DNA of 57,770 nucleotides, from positions 1 to 57,770 of IMG/VR virus record IMGVR_UViG_3300010226_000007. The stretch is one strand, 5' to 3'. How positions within the stretch are numbered: the stretch's first letter is position 1; each line of letters opens with the position of its first letter. Shown here one piece after another: positions 53,525-57,770 of this stretch. Source of the DNA: a virus. Lineage: Duplodnaviria > Caudoviricetes. Below the pieces are notes generated by a model that had not been told where the DNA came from, did no database searches, and was given only the letters and a program-made list of their open reading frames with translations. A program made the translations under genes and the position numbers.

Positions 53525-54935
53525 CGGTCACCTCCGCCGCCGCAGGCAGCTGCGCCGACTGGTCACTGAGCTGGGCAAGCCGGTCCATGAGCTGGCTGCC
53601 AGCCGCCGCACCGGCGGTACGCTGCCGCTCGATCGTGACCCGGCGCCGCTGATCCTCAGTCAAGCCGGCCATCTCCAGCGCCACATCCGAGTCGGCAGGC
53701 AGGATGCCGGTCGTGACGAGCTTGGTGACCGCGTCGACCTGGGCGGCGATCGTCGGCGTGGCCGGGTTGCGCCACACCGTCTCAATGCGCCGCTCCTTCG
53801 GCGGCGGCTCGCCATCCCGGAACCACAGCGCAAGCCGCATCGCATCCCGGTGTGTCGCCGAGAAGCGGCGGATGCGCCGTTCCGCCTTCTTGATCTGCGC
53901 GTTGTCGGCGTAGCGGATCGCGTCCGCGCTGGCCGGGTTGTCGCTGGTGTAGCCCAGGACGTGCGGGGCCACCGACAGCTGCGACGCCATGATTCGCGCG
54001 TACAGGTCGATGATTTTGGTCTGCCCGGAGGGGTCATGGGCCGTGAACGCGCCCACCGTCGGCACGTCGCCGTTCTCGTCCCGCTCCAGCGCCAGAACCC
54101 GGCCGATGTACGTCTCCCAAGCCGATTTCGTGTTCCCCTCGGCGTCCTGGAAGGCGCTCTCGGAGGCTCCGAGGATGTAGCGCTGTGGGGCGCCGAAGAA
54201 CTCCGCCGCGACCTCGATGCCCATCAGGCGTCGGCAGGCCGCATCCGTGATCGACATGACCTCGGGGGTGATCTCCGACTTGCCGACCCGGTCCGCGGTC
54301 CGCTGCCGGTTCGCCATCCGCAGCACCGGCACCATGCCCAGGTTGTGGATGTCCCGGTCGAAGACCTCCCACCCATCGGTGGTCTCCGCCGCGTACACCG
54401 TCTGGTCCTGCAGGTACAGCGTGACGATGCGGACGCCGTCCTCGACGGACTCCCGCAGGGCCGCCGTCGCCATCCGCAGGCGCGCATCCCAGAACATCGT
54501 CATGTCCAGCGGCGACTCGAACGTGATGAGCGGCGGATCGCCCTCCTCGCCCGAGCCGACCGCCACGTACTCGCGGCCGTAGGTGAGCGCATCCAGGTGA
54601 GCCAGCGAGGCTTCGTCGTACAGGTCGTTCGACTCGGCGATCTCCTCCAGGTCGGAGGAGTCTGCGCCGTCCGCCCACCGGAACGCCTCCAGGTCCAGGC
54701 GCTGCTCCAGGGACTCCACGCCGATCCGCGGCCAGCCAATGACCGTGTGCAGGCCTTTGAGTTGCGGCGGGATGGAGATCCCCAAATCGCGGATGATCTG
54801 TTCGCCGTTGAAGTACGCGTCCAACAGCTCCAGCCGGAACCGGCACGAAAGCAGGTCCGTTCGCAGCGCCGTCAGCAGGCTCAGCTCGTCATCCGACAAG
54901 AACGTCAACGGCAGAGTAGGGATGGCCGTCGTCAC
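53502..54935 (-). CDS. Portal protein (SPP1 gp6-like)
   Basis: YFNG, GWPRI.V, GKSEI, PQRY, NPASADA, WRNP motifs. Confidence 0.9.
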   Translation of the reverse strand: MTTAIPTLPLTFLSDDELSLLTALRTDLLSCRFRLELLDAYFNGEQIIRDLGISIPPQLKGLHTVIGWPRIGVESLEQRLDLEAFRWADGADSSDLEEIAESNDLYDEASLAHLDALTYGREYVAVGSGEEGDPPLITFESPLDMTMFWDARLRMATAALRESVEDGVRIVTLYLQDQTVYAAETTDGWEVFDRDIHNLGMVPVLRMANRQRTADRVGKSEITPEVMSITDAACRRLMGIEVAAEFFGAPQRYILGASESAFQDAEGNTKSAWETYIGRVLALERDENGDVPTVGAFTAHDPSGQTKIIDLYARIMASQLSVAPHVLGYTSDNPASADAIRYADNAQIKKAERRIRRFSATHRDAMRLALWFRDGEPPPKERRIETVWRNPATPTIAAQVDAVTKLVTTGILPADSDVALEMAGLTEDQRRRVTIERQRTAGAAAGSQLMDRLAQLSDQSAQLPAAAEVTGGGAGLG

Positions 54936-56662
54936 CGCAGCACCACCACCCGTCCCTTACCGCGCGCCCTCGAGCGCTTCGCCCAAGCCGGAGAGTTCAT
55001 CACCATGCGACGCAACATTCGGGCCCCGATCGCACACACCGCCAAGTCGACCTTCCGCGCCGACTCCCGATGCTCCTTGCCGATCGTGTAACCCCACGCA
55101 TTCGTGCGCCGACGGGCGTTGGAAATGTGCTGCCGCAGCACCTTGTGCCCGTCATGCGGCACCAGCCGCTCCAGCACGTCCCGGTAGAAGCGGTCCACCG
55201 CCTCCGTGAACACCTGCTGGTTCTTCGAGTTCCGCATGTCCCACAGCACCGCGTGCTGCCGCGGGCCACTCACGACCGCCTTCAACTGCAGGCGCCGGCC
55301 GTACCGCTGCGCCCACGCGTCGATGAAGCCGTCCCAGTATCGTTCGCCGTCCGCATCGTCCTGACCGGCGCCCGGGTCGGCGAAGAACGCCAGCGGCTTG
55401 TAGCGGGCGAAGACCTGGTCGACGACGCCGTCCACCTCATCCCGCGGAACCCGCCAGGGCCGGTCGCCCGGCCAGTTCGCCGGCCGCTGCCACACCCCGA
55501 GCGTCTTCACGAAGCCGTCCGACAGCCGGCAGCCGACCAGGCCAGTGGCGTCGTCGCTCTTGGAGCCGTCGAAGAACAGCACCAGCTCGTCGCCGTCCTC
55601 CAGGTCCAGGCCATCCTTCGGGTTGGCGTCCCACTCGTAGCGGGCCAGGAACGCATCCTCCGCGGCCACGATCTGGTTGAACCAGAACCGGCGCGACCGG
55701 CTTGGTGGATTGCGGACGTCGAGGATCGACGCCTTCAGCCGGTCCACGTCCAGCCACACCGAATCCCCGCGAACCGCCTTCAATGTCGGGACGATCCACG
55801 CCTCGGTCAGCTTCGCCTCCGCCGGAGCCTCCAGCGAGTCGTAGAACAGACCCGTGTCCACCGCGCGGCCGGACTCTGCCGACTCCCATGCTTCCCGCGT
55901 CCGCTCCGCAACGGACTCCTCGCCAGGCTCGTAGGCGTTCGTGTTCGCCAGCGTCCGCGCCTGACCGTCCGCGCTCTTGGTGGCGTTGCGTTCGATGACC
56001 GCGGCCATCTCGTGGCCCTGGTTCGACTCCACCCAGTGGTGCGTCTCCCCCAGCGACACGAACGTCGGCCGGCCACCCTCCAGCGCCCGCGGCGACGACG
56101 TCACCGCCTCGATGCGGGCCCGGCCCTTGTCGGCGTAGATGATCTCCTTGCCGAGGTCGATGCGGTACTCCTCGATCGCCCTCTTCGACAGGATCGACGG
56201 GAACAGCGTCATCGTGTTCCGCGTCTGATCCTGGCTGACGGCCGCGATCTGCACCCACGCCGCCGGATGCTGCACCCCCAGCGGCTGACCGGCCGGCACG
56301 CCCCACTCGTTGCCCTCGTCAGCGACCTTGCCGAACCGGCACGGGCCGACGAACTCGAACGCCGACCAGGTGGCGATGAGCGGGTCCTTGCCCCAGCCCT
56401 TCAGTCGCTGGATCACTCCGTCGCGCCACAGGAACCGGTTCGTCGCCGGGTCCATCGCGTACCACCACAGCGTCAGCCGGGCCTGCTCTGCGGTGTACCG
56501 CCACGGAGCGCCGACGTAGTGCTGCAGGTAGGTCGCCGTCCACGCCAGGCAGTGCCAGCCCAGCGTGAACTCCGGCAGCAGGAACCGCCCGTCCGGGCCG
56601 CGCTTCCACGTCGGCCCGATCGTGAACGGCTCGACGACCTCCGGGACTTCCTCGTCAGCCAC
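54932..56662 (-). CDS. terL: Terminase large subunit
   Basis: RLKGWGKD Walker A, GETH, FDGS..DD.TGLV nuclease motif, KVDLA. Confidence 0.92.
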   Translation of the reverse strand: MADEEVPEVVEPFTIGPTWKRGPDGRFLLPEFTLGWHCLAWTATYLQHYVGAPWRYTAEQARLTLWWYAMDPATNRFLWRDGVIQRLKGWGKDPLIATWSAFEFVGPCRFGKVADEGNEWGVPAGQPLGVQHPAAWVQIAAVSQDQTRNTMTLFPSILSKRAIEEYRIDLGKEIIYADKGRARIEAVTSSPRALEGGRPTFVSLGETHHWVESNQGHEMAAVIERNATKSADGQARTLANTNAYEPGEESVAERTREAWESAESGRAVDTGLFYDSLEAPAEAKLTEAWIVPTLKAVRGDSVWLDVDRLKASILDVRNPPSRSRRFWFNQIVAAEDAFLARYEWDANPKDGLDLEDGDELVLFFDGSKSDDATGLVGCRLSDGFVKTLGVWQRPANWPGDRPWRVPRDEVDGVVDQVFARYKPLAFFADPGAGQDDADGERYWDGFIDAWAQRYGRRLQLKAVVSGPRQHAVLWDMRNSKNQQVFTEAVDRFYRDVLERLVPHDGHKVLRQHISNARRRTNAWGYTIGKEHRESARKVDLAVCAIGARMLRRMVMNSPAWAKRSRARGKGRVVVLR

Positions 56663-57089
56663 CCGCGAGGTCACGGTAGGCATCCAGCGGGCTCACGCTC
56701 GCCAGCTTCGGGCCCGCCGGCTTCCGCTCCAGCTCCATGCGAGCGCGGCGGCGGTCACCCTCGGTCGTCAACAGGCTCGTCATCACACTGTTCAGCGCGG
56801 CCACATACTGACCGTTCGGCGGCCGATCCGACGACAGGCCCCGGGACATCAGCTCCGCCGCGTACCGGGCCATCGCCCAGTCCGACGGCTCGTAGAACGC
56901 GGCCTGGCCCGACTCACGCAGGGACAGGTACCAGTCGACGGCGATCTCGTGCCAGTTCGGATCCGGATCGGGCAGCTCGGGCAGATCTTCCGGCGCCCCT
57001 GCCGGGGCCTGCGTCAGCTCGGGGCCATCGTCCTTGTTCCGGCGACGGCGCTCCTCACTTCGCTTCGGAATCGGTCCATGTGCGCCCAT
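56655..57089 (-). CDS. terS: Terminase small subunit
   Basis: GPIPKRS..R, S.QA.FY..SDW, T.GDRRR motifs. Confidence 0.8.
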   Translation of the reverse strand: MGAHGPIPKRSEERRRRNKDDGPELTQAPAGAPEDLPELPDPDPNWHEIAVDWYLSLRESGQAAFYEPSDWAMARYAAELMSRGLSSDRPPNGQYVAALNSVMTSLLTTEGDRRRARMELERKPAGPKLASVSPLDAYRDLAGG

Positions 57090-57092
57090 GGC

Positions 57093-57170
57093 GACCTCCA
57101 GGGTCAAGGCGCGCCACCAGGGCGCGCAGGGGCGGGAAACAACGAGCCCCGCCCGAGCGCCACCAGGGCG
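57093..57170 (-). promoter_or_regulatory. Three CUGG(A/U)-loop hairpins in the terS leader
   Basis: CGCC-CTGGT-GGCG, GCGCGCC-CTGGT-GGCGCGC and GACC-CTGGA-GGTC (the last contains the RBS). Confidence 0.55.
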
Positions 57171-57770
57171 TCAGACCAGCGAGGCAATCACGCCGGCCGC
57201 ATCATGCAGCTCGGCAAGCTCCAACGGGGTCCCGCTCACGCGGTCACCAACGATGATGTAGCGGCGGTCCGAGTACACCTCGACCGCCAGCTCGTTGCGG
57301 CGGATCCGGCGGCCGGCCGGGACCTCACCGCGGAACCACAGATGCAGTCCGCTGCCCGACCGCCCGCGCTCCATGTACGTCGCGGGCAGCGCGTCCACGA
57401 TCCGCTGCGCCCACGGCAACACCCGGCCGTCTTCGACCGCGTGGTCCAGGTCGACAACGACGATCCGGTCCGAGGCGGTCAGTACGAAGCCGACACCCTC
57501 GCCCGCAGTGGCCTTCGCTGCTGCGGCGAAGTCGGACCACGAGGACGGGTCCTGCACCGAAGCGAAGCGGCCGTCGATCCGGAGCGGCACCTTCTTCGCC
57601 GAGTACCGCACCCAGCGCGGACGGGCTGTCAACTCGGCCGGGATGCGCGCGGCCTGCTCGGCCGTCACCCGATCCCGCTCCGCGCGCCGCCGCTCCCGGT
57701 ACGCGGCCTGCCGGCACGGCGACGAGCAGAAGCGGGCATCGGCCCGGGCCATCAACTGCAGCGGGCCGGC
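57171..57770 (-). CDS. AEP/primase-polymerase-like domain protein (5' end outside window)
   Basis: FCSSPCRQ Zn motif, GVGFVL..VVDLDH, SGSGLH, EVY; frame open to the window edge. Confidence 0.7.
   Translation of the reverse strand, partial: AGPLQLMARADARFCSSPCRQAAYRERRRAERDRVTAEQAARIPAELTARPRWVRYSAKKVPLRIDGRFASVQDPSSWSDFAAAAKATAGEGVGFVLTASDRIVVVDLDHAVEDGRVLPWAQRIVDALPATYMERGRSGSGLHLWFRGEVPAGRRIRRNELAVEVYSDRRYIIVGDRVSGTPLELAELHDAAGVIASLV

Larger units (their letters stand above)
1..57770. mobile_element. Temperate siphovirus (Streptomyces-type), non-integrated form, with TraB conjugation module
   Basis: Full head, tail, lysis, integration and replication gene set; attP flanked by phage genes on both sides. 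Confidence 0.9.

Overview
High-GC window holding a nearly complete temperate siphovirus of Streptomyces type, mostly on the - strand. Reading from 57770 down: a primase-like ORF (truncated), terS/terL, portal, scaffold, major capsid, a GT4 glycosyltransferase, head-tail and tail genes, tape measure, and lysis genes. An accessory region follows (metalloprotease, serine resolvase, LexA-like fragment, GntR and XRE regulators). Next come attP, tyrosine integrase, repressor/cro/xis, a BRO antirepressor, a RecE-like recombination pair, a replication initiator with internal iterons, DnaB and a C5 methyltransferase. The left end (155-7700) is a Streptomyces plasmid/AICE-type conjugation module: a TraB-like FtsK ATPase, a clt-like repeat array directly downstream of it, Spd-like membrane proteins, and its own promoter/operator with a divergent HTH gene. 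attP is intact, so this is the non-integrated form, and it carries the last 35 codons of what looks like a host PL11 rhamnogalacturonan lyase gene. The best candidate for a new system is a phage that can also spread by TraB/clt conjugation. Other highlights are the capsid-coupled glycosyltransferase and a repeated CUGG(A/U)-loop hairpin that hides late-gene ribosome binding sites. All family names come from my motif recognition, not from database searches.
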